The notes under the pieces are model-generated. The model was not told the origin of the DNA. It saw only the letters and a program-made list of their open reading frames with translations, and did no database searches. A stretch of 64,000 nt of DNA from Lama guanicoe. Lineage: Eukaryota. The stretch is from contig MU053561.1 of the NCBI GenBank assembly GCA_013239625.1, positions 3,240,283 to 3,304,282 of the forward strand, in the 5' to 3' direction. This document shows positions 23,886 to 36,918 of the stretch, one piece after another (positions within the stretch are counted from its first letter, which is position 1; the number at the start of each line of letters is the position of its first letter). The translations under genes were made by a program, and so were the position numbers.

Positions 23886-25359
23886 GTGTCAGACTACCCA
23901 GAAAAAAGAAAGAGTGAATCCAATAGTTACTGAGCATCTACCATGTGGTTTACATGTACTATCTCATTTAAACTTCACACTAATTATGTGAAGTAAATAC
24001 TGTCCCTACTTTTCATAAAGCCCCAAATCCACATCTTGTGAAGGGTGATATCAGGGTTCACGAGTGGAGTCTGGGCAGCAGGGCGAGGAGACCTCGGGGA
24101 CCTGAGGAGGTTGGTCTGGGACAATCAAGGATCACTCTTTGGGACACCCAGCAATTAGTCATATGGTGGGCAAAAAGGGCCCGGGGTCAGCCAGGCCAGG
24201 TCCTAGGAACAGCCTGAAGGTCTGGACTGGGTGTCTCAGCCAGCAGCCCCCAGGAGCTGCCCATGGGGAGTTTCTGTCCCCCGACCTTGGACCTAGTTCT
24301 GACGCCAGGCTCTGCTCATGGCCAGCCTTTGTCTTTGAGCAAATGACAGAAACAACTCCAGCCCATTATTTTCCAATTGTTCCTGGACCCGAGCTAGTTC
24401 CAGTTGGATAAATCTGTATCAGAACTGAGAGGAGGCTCCCTAGGAATCTGTGGGAATGTGGGGGAGCAGGCAAGATAAGAGACAGCAGGATTAAAAGATT
24501 TGACAAAGAAAACATTCGCTTCCATGGAACAATGCCCAGCAGGCTGGTTCTGAAGCATTTGTGGAGTGGGGTTTACATAGTCCGAGAGCAAAAGAGTTTG
24601 TGTTACCTCATCTTCTACAATGTTTCAAGTATGCAAGTCTTGCGGGAAATGGGGACCACAAGGGTTCTGGGAACCAGGGTTCCTAGTTCATCCTGCCAGG
24701 TCCCTGCTGGCAGATTCAGTACATGCCCGCTCCCGTCTCAAGTACTGAAATGTCCATTTCAAGTCTTAAGGGGAAGGTTGATTGACAGGTGAGACAGACA
24801 GACAGAGGGGAGGAGAGCCAAAGACAGTGCCTTACCCCTCGCCGCACCCCTGCCTCCGAATCCCCGCAGGGTGCACGCCCTTGCACAAAAGCTGCTCTAT
24901 TCTGCTGAGAGGAGACAGAGCTGTCTTTGCCTGAGCTGCAAGAGGGGCCCCTAGACAGGGCTCTGCAGGTCCCTTCCTGTGCCATTTTCAGGAGTCTGGC
25001 CTTGACATCTTTCCTTGTTCACTGGTGCCTGTATAGAGTAGGTGTTCCCTGAATATTTGTCGAGTAAATTAGTTCACAGCACTTCAGATACGTCCGTTAA
25101 CCCATCCCTCTCTGCAGCGCTGTGGCTGGTCCAGGGAGATCTGGTAGGCAAGGTGGAGGATGGGGGAGAGGGGCAGGCAAGGATCCACTAGACAGGTGTG
25201 ATGCTCCTAGGTTCTCAGAGCGAGGACAGGGATTGGCTCTCGCAGACGTCCTTCCTTATAGATGCAGAAACAAGACCCAGGAGGTGAGGGGACCACACAC
25301 TCAGATCCAGCCTCCACATGCCCCATCCCTCCCCTGCTTAAGCCTCTTTAGCCACTTTA

Positions 25360-25810
25360 ATTACTCCCTGTAGCGTATCAAGTCCTACCTCCTTTGCCTG
25401 GTACCCAAGGTCCCTCCAGACCCTCCCCTGACTTAACTCTCCAATCTCGATTCTCCTCACACCTCACACCCTCCACTTCTTTTAGTACTTCTAGTACTTT
25501 GAGGTTCCTCTACCTCCATGGCCCTTCTCTTTTTCCCCTCTTCATTTGAGAAACTTCTCAATTTGGATTCTACTGTCATCACCTCCTCTGAGAAGTCTTC
25601 CCGGAATGCCTCTAGGCAGGCTTAGAGGTGCCCTGTCCTTGAGTCTCACAGCGCCTTGTGCTTTTCTTTGTACTTAGCACCAGCAACGGTGCCTGCCTGG
25701 CTTCCTCCTTCTTCTTCCTGGGAGATCTTTGAGAGAAAGGGTCTTATCTTTCACCCCCAGTGCTGCTTGCCTGCCACAGAGCAAGGGCTCAGGGAATGTT
25801 GACTGACAAT
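25360..25810 (+). mobile_element. L2 relic
   Basis: 'tcatcacctcctctgagaagtcttccc' ... 'ctgccacagagcaagggctcagggaatgttgactga'. Confidence 0.65.
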
Positions 25811-26378
25811 AGCTACTAGTTATCCAAAATAAGCACTTTTAAAAACCTCTTTTCTTATTTTAAGTCATCAAATCCTTACAACAACAACCCTATAGAAGTA
25901 GATTATTGTGATGTTTATTATTTTAAAAGCATGTTATTACAATAATGATGGCCATCTCATTTGATAGGAGGGGAAAGGAAAGTACAGGCCCCTGCCCGCC
26001 AGAGCCTCTTCCCTCTGCCACTCTTGTGCCAAGCTCATCCTTGCCTTCTCAGGAGTGTTCCCCCTCCTCACAGCCTTTTCCAATTACAACTCTCTCTCCA
26101 GTCTCAGTCACATTTTCCATGACACTTTCTATGCCCTCTGGCCCGACAGCCGCTCCTGACCACCCCCTCCCTCCCCACTACAGCATCAACACCAGTGTCT
26201 GACACATTGTGATTTCTCCCTAATTTGTGTCCTAACTTCGCCATCTTCCCAACATAAAGGATGCTATGTGCTCCCTCAGGCCAGGGTCTGTGTCTTCTGT
26301 TCTTTTTGTCTTCCCTCCCTAGTGCCCAGAAGACTATTACGGGCATGAGAAGTGCTCAGTAAATTCTTACTGATACTT

Positions 26379-26762
26379 CGTAAGTCAGACAGAGAAAGAC
26401 AAATATCATACAATATCACTTTTATGTGGAATCTTAAAAAATGATGCAAATGAACTTATTTGCAAAACAGAAACAGACTCACAGACATAGAAAACAAATT
26501 TGTGGTTACCAAAGGGGGAAGGGGGGAGGGATAAATTAGGAGTTTGGGATTAGCAGATACAAACTACTATGTATAAAATAGATACACAACAAAGACCTAC
26601 TGTATAGCACAGGGAACTATATTCAATAGCTCGTAATAACCTATAATGAAAAAGAATATGAAAAGGAACATATACATATATACATATATATATATATAAA
26701 ACTGAATCACTATGCTGTACACCAGAAACTAACACAACATTGTAAATCAAATATAGTTCAAT
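26379..26762 (+). mobile_element. Young L1 3' fragment inserted at the tail of an L2
   Basis: 'gtaagtcagacagagaaagacaaatatc...aacacaacattgtaaatcaaatatagttcaat'; TSD aaattcttactgatactt (26361-26378) / aaatacttaccgatactt (26763-26780). Confidence 0.95.
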
Positions 26763-27259
26763 AAATACTTACCGATACTTTGAACAAAATGCCCAGAAGT
26801 TCTGTGCATCTCGGCAGATGAATGTTGCTATTTGCCGTCATCCTAATGGTCTGTAGCTCTTTTGCTAGACGTCTGTGTTCTCATCTCGGGGTTTACAGAT
26901 GGCAGACCAGGTCTGGGGACATTTGGATATAACGTGAGGTTCTTTGTCCCATTGCCTGCAGGTCTCTGAGTCATTGAACTCTTCTTTTTCTCACTCTTCC
27001 TTTGATTTCCTTTCCCAACTCCTGGAGGGAGAAGACGAGTTGGTTTAATACAAAACATTATCAAAGTTGAGTTGCACTAGAGAGAGGCACATGAAATAGA
27101 AGAAAGTGCCCAGGAAAGAGGCTTGTGGACCAGCTGGGGAATGGGATCACGTGTGCCACCCCTGCCTTTCTGAGAACCTTCTCATAATGGCCCAGCGACC
27201 CAGCAGACTCTCATCCCAGCCCGTTTGGATGAGCCCATTGGAAGACAAGAGAATCGGAG

Positions 27260-27600
27260 GTGAGAGACCGCTTACTATGCATGTGACTGGAGCCAGTCAA
27301 CCTCTCTCCGGATTTCAGAATTCTTACATGAAAAATGAAGTAATAATGTCTAGCCTACCTACTTCATAGGGGGGCTGTTGTATGGATTAAATGGAAAAAG
27401 TATGTGAGAGTACTCTGTGCACAAAAAGTCATTAAATTCATTCATTTGATGAGTATTAATTGAGCACCTACTATGCACCAGACCCTGAGCTTAGCCAATG
27501 AGGATACTACAGACAGCATCATACCAATGCATGTTCTTCCTGCCCTCCTGCAGCCCACAGTCCCATGGGGAAATGGCTTTCCTCAGGTGATCACACTGTT
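27260..27600. mobile_element. MIR (+) abutting L2 tail (-)
   Basis: 'aacctctctccggatttcagaattcttacatgaaaaatgaagtaataatg' then 'attcattcatttgatgagtattaattgagcacctactatgcaccag'. Confidence 0.7.
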
Positions 27601-27702
27601 GGAGAACGACTCAGTTGGATTTTAGGAAAGGAACGCTGTTCCGCGAGAGCGGAAAAGAAAGAGACCACGTGACACGCCTTGTTGCTGCTGTTGTAACCTA
27701 GG

Positions 27703-27900
27703 CAGTGGCTCTCAAGTTTTGAACTGGGAGAGCCACCAGGGACGCTTGTTTAGCATGTCAATCCCGCCCCGCCCTCATCCCCAGGGAGACTGATTTAATA
27801 GGTCTAGAATCTTCTCCCCATATTTATATTTTTATCTCACTCTTCCATCTCAGTCCTCTAAGTGATTCTCATGCAAACGACCCTTAGTCCAATTTTAAGC
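27703..27900. mobile_element. hAT-Charlie MITE (MER5-like)
   Basis: 'cagtggctctcaagtttt...ccccagggagactgatttaataggtctag...aagtgattctcatgca'. Confidence 0.6.
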
Positions 27901-28404
27901 AGGAGTGATTCTTAGGAGATAATTTAGGAGATCTCCAGGATAATTGTGTGTTCCTAAGCTGATTTCACTCCCAGCTGTTTCTGAAGCTTGTCTGAGGAGA
28001 CAACAGATTTTCCTCTTTGCTTAAGCTAGCTTGAGTTGGGTTTCTGTCACTTAAAAATGCCACCTCCTGACTAACTGACGTCCCTTCTGATCTCTGCTGG
28101 CTGTATGCCAAATACACAATCCACGGGGCCAAGTCATGACTTATGGTTGGAAAGAACATGTAGGGTCACTACCCATTCTCAGTCCCACGCCCACCCCCGC
28201 CTTCACAGCTCCTCTCGTTCACCTACAGGCTCTTTGTGAGCCTCTGGGATACATAAACATGCACAAAACGTGAACATCAGTGACCAATCACAAAATACTC
28301 ATTTCGGACCAAACAAGACTGCTACTCATGCCGAGGACTAAACACAAATGATTTTGGTGGGATGATTACTCCATATCACCAAACCACATGCGACGGGGGT
28401 GGGG

Positions 28405-28650
28405 TGTTTGGATTCTGGAGTCAGACTATCTGGATTTGAATCCTGGCTCTTCTACTCCCTTCTGCTGGCTCCCTGATGGTAGCTGAAGTCACTTCATTTT
28501 CCTGAGGCTTGGTTTTTTTCATCTATAAAATGAGTATAATGAACAAGTCTTACAAGTTTGCTGTGAGGATTCAGTGCACTATTATATGTAAAGAACTTAG
28601 AGCCGTGCCTGGTACACAATTAGGGCTCAATAAGTATTAGCTAATATGAT
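28405..28650 (+). mobile_element. MIR SINE relic
   Basis: 'tctggagtcagactatctggatttgaatcctggctct...ttcatctataaaatgagtataat...gtgcctggtacacaattagggctcaataagtattagcta'. Confidence 0.9.
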
Positions 28651-29345
28651 GTGGATTTAAACAGGCCTGCAGTGACAGCACAACGTAGCGTTTCCCCAGC
28701 CTAATGACCTCTTCCCCACATTAGGAAATCTTGCTTGTAATTGCACTTCCCTTTCCCCTGCTAAAGAATTCTGTTTTCCATCTAGATCTACAATCTACCT
28801 CCTGTCTCCTAGAACTTAGGGCTTCCCAACTCCCCCACTTTCTGCCAATTCAGAGCCCTCTCCTCTTCAAGAACCCCTGAGTCTCTGGGATGCCCCTTCC
28901 TGTAACCTCAAGGCTGTACTCTGAGCCTCTCTCACTGTGTATGTCACCTCCTGGGTCACAGAGAAGCTCCACGTACACCCGTGCCCCTGTGCCGAGCACA
29001 CACCGTGCAGACCCCTGCAGCTGTATGCCAAGCACTAGCTAGCCGATGGCAGAACTCACTGAACTCGTACTTAAGCCCATGAACCTTGGTTCCCTCACTC
29101 GCCCATTGAGGATAATGATATCTACTTAACTGGATTGTTGTAAAAATGGAAGGTAAGGATACGTGCAAACCCCACGTTAATTCTCAGTAGCATTTACTAT
29201 TGTAATTACTTTTATTATCTACATCTGTAGAGAAAATAAACCAAAAAGAATGGTTTGGAAAGATGAAGGCTAGACTTCAGTGCCTGCCCTGGTTCAAAGA
29301 ACCCTTTTACCAGTCGCTACCATCACTGCCATTTTGCTCTGTAAC

Positions 29346-31140
29346 TTTTCTCTCTCTCTCTCTCGTAAAATACACAATAAGATTAAAATGACCATCTTCA
29401 CCACTTTAAAGTGTACAGTTCAGTTCTGTTAAGTGCATTCACATTGTTGTGCAACCAATCTCTAGAACTTGTCATCTTGCAAAACTAAAACTCTGTACCA
29501 TTTAAACAACAACTCTGCATTCACCTCCTCCCCCAGCCCCTGGCAGTCACCATTCTACTCTCTGTCCCTATGAATTTGGTGACTCGGGGGCCCTCATAAA
29601 GGAAAATCACACAATATTTGTCTTTCTGTGGCTAGCTCATTCACTTAGCAAAATGTCCTCGCCTTTCATCTGTGTTGTAGCATGTATCAGAATTTCCTTT
29701 CTTTTTAAGGTTGAATGATATTCCATGGTATGAATAGACCACATTTTGTTATCCATTTATCTGTCAATGGACACTTGGTTTGCTTCCATCTTTTGGCTAT
29801 TGTGACTAATGTTGACTCAAATATGAGTGGACAAATATCTCATCAAGACGCTAATTTCATCTGACATAAATCTTAGCAATGTTCTCCTAGGGCAATCTAC
29901 CCAGGTAATAGAAATAAAAGCAAGAATAAACAAATGGGACCTAATTAAACTTACGAGATTTTGCACAGCAAAGGAAACCGCAAGCAAAACAGACAGCCTA
30001 TGAAATGGGAGAAAATATTTGCAAATGACGAGAATGACAAGGGCTTAATTTCCAGAATATATAAATAGCTCATACAACTTAATAAGAAAAAAACAACCAA
30101 CCCAATCCAAAAATGGGCAGAAGACCTAAACAAGCAATTCTCTGATGAAGACATATAAATGGCCAATAGGCACATGCATAAATGCTCAATATCACTCATT
30201 ATCAAAGAAATGCAAATCAAAACTATAATGAGGTATCACTTCACACCAGTCAGAATGGGCATCATGAAAAGATCCATAAACAATAAATACTAGGGAGGGT
30301 GTGGAGAAAACGGAACCCTGCTACACTGTTGGGAATATAGTTTGGTGCAGCCATTATGGAAAACAGTATGGAGATTCCTCAAAAAGCTAAAAATAGAGTT
30401 ACTCTATGATCCAGCAATCCCACTCCTGAGCATATATCTGGAGGAAACCTTAATTCAAAAAGACACATGCACCCCAGTGTTCACAGCAACACTATTTACA
30501 ACAGCCAAGACATGGAAACAACCTAAATGTCCATCGACAGATGACTGGATTAAGAAGTAGTGGTATATTTATACAATAGAATACTACTTGGCCATAAAAA
30601 AGAATAAAATAATACCATTTGCAGCAACATGGATGGACTTGGAGATCATTATTCTAAGTGAAGTAAGCCAGAAAGAGAAAGAAAAATACCACATGAGATC
30701 ACTTATATGTGGAATCTTAAAAGAAAAGAGACAAACTTACTTACAAACCAGAAACAGACTCACAGACATAGAAAACATCATTACCAGGGGGGAAGGGGGT
30801 GGAAAGGGACAAATTGGGAGTTTGAGATTTGCAAATACTAACTACTACATATAAAACAGATAAACAAGTTTATCCTGTATAGCACAGGGAACTATATGAA
30901 GTATCTTGTAGTAACTTATGGTTAAAAAGAATATGAAAATGAAAAAAGAGACCCTAATTTCAGTTCTTTGGGGGATATACCCAGAAGTGGAATCACTGGA
31001 TCATACGGTAGTTCTATTTTCAGTATTTTGAGGAACTGCCATACTGTTTCCCCCAGTAGCTGGACCATTTTACATTTTCCCCAGCAAGGTACAGGGGTTG
31101 CCACATCCTTGTCAACGCCTGTTGTTTTCTGCTTTCGTAA
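29346..31140 (-). mobile_element. L1MA-like element split by a younger L1 (pieces ~29346-29859 and ~30949-31140)
   Basis: 'aagtgtacagttcag...gcattcacattgttgtgcaacca', 'tttaaggttgaatgatattccat'; resumes 'cagttctttgggggatatacccagaagtggaat'. Confidence 0.9.
29861..30948 (+). mobile_element. Young L1, 5'-truncated and also lacking the usual last ~110 bp
   Basis: ORF2 C-terminal peptides ([30 protein letters not shown]); TSD agac(g/c)ctaatttca at 29846-29859 and 30949-30962. Confidence 0.95.
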
Positions 31141-32667
31141 GTACTAGCCCTGCCAATGGGTGGGAGGCTTCCCATTACGCTCCTTAAACCCTGGCTTTCG
31201 GGGGTGGGGTGGGTGGGTCTTCTCTGACCAAGAACAAGCTTCAGAAGCCGATTTCCAGACACTGATCCAGGAAAGTGGGCAGAGTCTTGACAGAGGGAAC
31301 CCAGGCCCCACTCCTGGGCCCTTAATTCATTTACTCTTCAGAATCACCCTAAACAGTAGTGATTTTATTTCACAGGTGAGAAAACAGATTGGAAAGGTGA
31401 AGCAGCCGGTCCAAGGGCACACAGCTGAAAAACTGGAGCTCGAACTGGGCCCCACAGCAGGTAGGTGCGTAAGAATTGTCAAGTGTCAACATCCGCCCGG
31501 TGCTCCCAGAGTCCAAGGTAGACGGCGCCCTCTCTGACTCTCTAGAAACAATACAATCCCCGGGGCTCTGCCCAGCTGCCCCTCCCCCAGCCGTTCTGGG
31601 GCCTGCCAGGCTGGATAAATGAGAAACAAAGCAGACGGCATTCCCCGCTGCACCTGTTGTGGCACTGGCTGCTCTTTATGACTGCAAGAAAATGTGCAGT
31701 CCGAGGGAGGATTTCCAAGAGTTTCCTTCAATTCTGAAACTCAAAGTGAGGGTGGGGCGGGTGTCAGCCAGCTGCGGTCCCTTGGAGGACATACTTGCAG
31801 AGAGGGCCGTTAAAATAGGAGGCCTTGGGCTTGGCTTTGTCTGTGCAAACAGCAGCAGTTTAAAGACCTTTCCCCCCCGCAGTGGCTAGAGGGGGGTCAC
31901 CCAGTTACAGGGTGCTCGGTACAGAGAGACAAAGTGGGAGGTCAGGCAGGGTAGGCTGCCCCAGATCCCAGCTGGACAGAACTGGTCCCACCTGACCCAG
32001 CCTTGCAGAGTCAGCCAGCCTGCTCTACCTGAAAGTCTTTGTCCCAGACACAGATATCTTAACTGCACCCTGAGGGATTACTGGTCAACCAAAGCGCAGG
32101 CCTAGTAGAAATGGTGGGAACCTTTCAAAGGTGCACACACATGTCCTCCAATGTTTGCCTCACAGCCACAGGTTAGCGATGCCTGACCAGCCCCATGCCC
32201 GTTATAGTCTGAACTAATTTCAGAAGTGACCTGGTCACGAAGTGGCCAGAGGTCAGCCCAGTGAGAGCTGTGCCCTTGAAGAAGACTGGGAGGGAGGCCG
32301 AGAGGTGCTCGCAAGCGCAGCTCTCAGTGGCATCCTGGGGCGGAAAGGAAACAGTAAGGGAGAGGCCTGGGGCTTCGACTGGAAAGAAGCCCACCAGAGG
32401 TCTCGGAGCCAAAGGAACCTTTCTTGGTCTGGTCCACAGCTGATTTGGCTTGGACAAAAAGTATGCAGATACCACAACCCCTGAGCTAGAAAATGAGATG
32501 AGGGAAATGCAGAGCTCTGTGGAGGATGTGGAATCCCTTGTCTTGAGCTTCTGCAGGAGAGAAATGACACAGCAGAATCCATGGCTGGTTACACACGTGT
32601 TAAAGGTGTGAAGACAGGACTGGGCATAGTTTTGATTTATCAATAAAATATCTATTAAAATCTACTT

Positions 32668-32817
32668 GGGGAAGAGCGTAGCGCTCAGTGACAGAGCACG
32701 TGCCTAGCATGCACAAGGTCCTGGGTTCAATCCCCAGGATCTCCATTAAAAAGAAACAAACCTAAGTATCCCCCAACAAAAAAAAGAAAAAAAAACTTTA
32801 ATCCCCACCCCCCCTGC
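32668..32817 (+). mobile_element. tRNA-derived camelid SINE (vic-1-like)
   Basis: tRNA-like head with B box ggttcaatcc and A-rich tail; perfect 11-bp TSD aaaatctactt (32657-32667, 32818-32828). Confidence 0.9.
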
Positions 32818-32904
32818 AAAATCTACTTTGTGTAAGGCTAATGGAATTTTTAACATGAGTGCAACCTTCAAGATGTATGCTTTAAAAAGTTCACATCATC
32901 ACAT

Positions 32905-33400
32905 TCGGAGGCAGTATGTGTCTATTTGTATGGCTGAAAGCTCAGACGCTGGCCTCAGAGAGCCTGGGTTCAAGTCCAACTTCTCACGTACACTGCAGGC
33001 GTGTGCGTGGCTGACCTCCTATAGTTCTCAGTTTTAATCTGTACAAAGGGTAGAGTGGTCCTCACTGTAAAGCACTGGACATGCTGGTACATTGCACACT
33101 GCTTGGCCTGGAGGGAACCCTCAGTGAAAGTTGGCAATTATTACTGAATTTCATATCAAGGCTGATTAAACAAAAGGTACAGTGGCACCTACTGGGCGCA
33201 AGGCACTGAGCCAAATTATATATATGAATTCATAATACTTAATCCTTATGACTATTACCCAGACAGCTATCATCCCCATTTTACGAACGAGGAAGGGAGG
33301 AAGCGGCATCCAGGTGGAGGGACAGCGGGCTGCTGGAAAGTGGTGATGCACACACATCTCTTTGAACTGGCTTCGAGTCTGTCCTTACTCCAGGAAGTAC
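32905..33400. mobile_element. Two MIR relics, tail-to-tail (+ ~32905-33145, - ~33190-33400)
   Basis: 'agagcctgggttcaagtcc...tctcagttttaatctgtacaaaggg' and 'atcatccccattttacgaacgaggaag'. Confidence 0.7.
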
Positions 33401-34769
33401 AGCAAGACCCATCACTGAGAATTCATCATTCCCAGGCTGGTTCAATGGGATGGAGTTGGGTCTCTTTCTTACTTCTAGTGGCTTCCTCCATCTTGTTAAT
33501 GGAAGTGCACTGAAACGCCCAAATCTCCCTAGACACGCTTTTTGCTGCATGGACAGTGGTTCCCGAGAGTGCCCAGCAGCCCTGGGAGTTCTGTGGGCAG
33601 CAGCTGACACCAGGGATGGAGGCGATGGGAAGGAGGCTGAGGCAGGGGTGCGGAGTAAGAACAACCACTTCACTGCAGGATTAGCTTTGGAAAAGGGAAG
33701 CCAGATGGATCAAAGGAAGAAAGAAAAGGGCACCTACATCCAGCTCTCAGGACAACCTCAACAGGCTCAGGTGTCTTCACTTTCAGCTCCTGTTTAGACC
33801 TAGTGACGCAACAGGACCTTAGTCCTATTGACGTAGGGGCCCCTGGTCCAGACACACTCAGGAAAGGCAGGTAATGTGCCCGGAGTGACACAGCTAGCTG
33901 CTGACAAAGTCCAGACTACAACCTTGGTTCCCCCATTCCTAGTGCAAGTGTTGTTTCCATCTCCTCATATGGCTTCCAGATTGCTCATTTTCCAGACCCC
34001 TCCTGGAAGACTCTGTCCCTGGCCCCAGAGCAGCAGGCCATTTGGACGCCAGGCAGCCGGCACTTCAGGGAGCAGCAGGAGAGGGTGCCTCACCTAGGGG
34101 GGCTGGGGAATGGGCCCACCCTGCAGGCTCATTTCCCTCAGTGCAATGGGACCACCGGAATCAGGACATTAACATGTGGAGTGTGCCTCAGTGCTGTCCA
34201 AACCAGCCCTGAATACTAACCAGGGCGCTTAGATGGAGCTAAAAATAACTGGCTAATCACCACCAGGAAGAATTAACAAGGACTCAGAAGAAAGGAAAAT
34301 GTCTTAATATTCCATCTCTCTACAGCTGGGCTCCAGCTGGGGCCAGCCTCCTCCTGGCTGCCACCGGGCAGGTAATTAGGCAGCTCGGAAGCTCCGACAC
34401 TTAGGGGCTCTGGGAGGGGGCCTGCCTCAGACCACAGGAGGGTAAACGGAGCAGGGTTATTCAGGGTGGGCTGAGTCTGACAACAGTGAACACAGAAAAA
34501 ATGCGATGCGACAGGAAGCAGGTTTTGAAGAACAAAACAGTTGATGCATTTTACACCCCTTCTCCTTTGAGAAAGTAAAATCCTTCATAAAAGGAAACAG
34601 CATTTTCTTCTGCTCAGCAAATCCTCTGACAGCCTTCCTTTTCCTAACGCGCAGGTGCCTAGTTCTGAAAGCATCATTGGAGTCCATGCCCTGGGGACCA
34701 TACTGAAATGAGATCTCCCTGGCAATTACCCTCTCTGAATGAGGACCAAAGTGGACCCACGACAAAATG

Positions 34770-35035
34770 AACTCTGGGATGGAGCAGAGTATGTGAATAA
34801 AACCGTGAAAGGCATGACTGGAGTGATTCCTTCATACAACCTGAAGGAGTAGGAATAGGGAACAATTACTGCAACTTGAACTTGGAAGAGGTCAGTTCAA
34901 GAGAAATTAAAAAATGAAATAGCATTTTATAGAGAGCAGAGTAATATTCAAAGAGCTTACTTTCTCCAAAAGGTATAATAGGTTTAAATAAATAAATAGA
35001 AATTCGTTTAAAAGATTCATGAATGACAGGTACAC
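34770..35035 (+). mobile_element. CR1 (CR1_Mam/L3b-like) 3' end relic
   Basis: 'gaacttggaagaggtcagttcaagagaaattaaaaaatgaaatagcattttatagagagcagagtaa...aaagattcatgaatgacagg' follows the CR1 3' consensus layout. Confidence 0.55.
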
Positions 35036-36232
35036 TATTAAAAGCAGCGGCCAGTGGGGAGCTGTTTGGGAGCACATCAGAACTGTCTGATTCAAGGTCA
35101 CGGCCCATGTCCTCACTGATGGTCCCCCAGCCTGTGCACTCTGCAAGGGCAGGTGCTATCCCTGAAGGGTGTAAGAATAAGAGGAAGAGTGATGTAAGGA
35201 AAGAACGTGGACTTTGGATGCAGAAGGTGAGTTCAAATCCCACTTCACCAATTTTTAGCCGATTGTAGCTTAGCTAGACTTAGCAAGGGTTAGTTTGGCT
35301 CTCTGGGTCTCTCTCTTCTCTCCTGCAGAGGATGATGCGAATATCATTTTCTCTGTAGGGAGAATTAAACCACCTAACACAAGTGAAAATATTTCATTCA
35401 TTTTAACAGGTGGTACAAATATTAATGGCTTATGCAATGGAAAGAGACCGACCTGAACCAACCAGCAATCTTTCTGATGCACAGAATTAGATGAAGAAGC
35501 TTTTAACTGCTCAGCACTCGCACCCATTCCTCATCACAGCCCTCCTTGGTTAGGTGGGTCTCGGCATCTGACTTTTTTCTGCTGTTTGTTCTGACCCTGG
35601 GGCCCATCACCGCCGTGGCCCGGGAAGGGTGCTGCTGCTGAGCTGCAAGGCGGCAGAGTTCTAGAAGTCATCTTGCCTCTGTGTTGTTTTCCCACAGCCA
35701 GAGAGGCTCCATCCTGCTGCCTGAGTCACACTGTCATCCCCAGGGAGGAGAGAGTGGCCGTGACTGGGACAGAGTTTTCCGAGGATCCTGCCTGGGGCAC
35801 TGGGAAAGGCAGATGCAGATCTGGAATTTTTTAAATTCCGCTAGTCTGAAATTGCTCCTGCTCCAAACCAATAGATTTTTTTGGAGGAGGTCTTTATCTG
35901 ACATTATTCAAAACTCCTCAACAGCATGATGACATTGAAAGAGTAAAGGGCAGATGTCAGAAAATTAAAAAGGCCACTGAGTCACTTACTAGGGGCATGA
36001 CATTATCAAATGATTGAAGGATTCTGAGCTTCATCTGATGAAGAGCGGTAACCAGCTTGCCCTGCTGCCTCTGCGAGCTGCTGTGGGATTCATTCGAGGA
36101 AATGTATGGGAAACAAAGTTATGGACTATATCATTCTCATTCAAATGGGAACTTAACCCATTATTTGATCTGTTAGGTAGATGGTTATTAGTATAAAAGC
36201 TATGGGTTAGCATAGCATAGCTAACACATAGC

Positions 36233-36770
36233 TTTTTTGGTCAAGGTTATTAAAGTATAAATTAATGCATAAAATGTGCCCATTTTAGTGACAGTATAGA
36301 ACAATTCCACGACCCTCATCATTTCCTTACGCTCCTTGGTGGCCAACTTCTCTTCCCACCCCAAGACCCTGGCAATCACTGATTTGCTTTCTATCCCTTG
36401 AGTTTTACACTTTAAATTGAATAATACAGCATAAAGCCTTTGGAGTCCAGCTCCTTTCACCTAGCATAATGCATTGAGAATCACTGAAGTTATTTCATAT
36501 ATTCAGTAATTCATTCCTTTGTATTGTTGAGCGAGTAGCATTTCATCCTATGGATACACCATGGTTTCTTTATCCATTTGGATGTTTCCATGAATAAACC
36601 ACTGTTAACATTGGCCTGTAGGTTTTTAATGTGAGCGTGAGTTTTTATTTCTCTTGGGTAAATACCTGGGAGTAGGATTGCAGGATCATATGGTTTTTGT
36701 CTAACTTTATAAGAAACTGATAGATTTTTTTTTTAGTGGCAGTAGGATTTTGCATTCTAGCACAACACTT
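36233..36770 (-). mobile_element. Old L1 (L1MB/L1MC-like) 3' fragment
   Basis: 'ccctggcaatcactgatttgctttctatc', 'cctttcacctagcataatgcattgaga', 'tctcttgggtaaatacctgggagtaggattgc'. Confidence 0.85.
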
Positions 36771-36918
36771 AGAAAATCTTTAAAAAATAATCCAAAGCCC
36801 TCATGTGTCCAATTTTATTTTATTCTCCAAATAGCTCTATGAGATAGGGAAGGTAACACATCATGTTACAGGTGGGGATGCGAGGGCTAAAGAAGAGAAA
36901 TGATTGGTCAGAGTTTAC

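Noticed and set aside
31525..31538. CTCF-like GCGCCCTCT
   Set aside because: Only half of the motif matches; the CCA(C/G)(C/T) half is absent.
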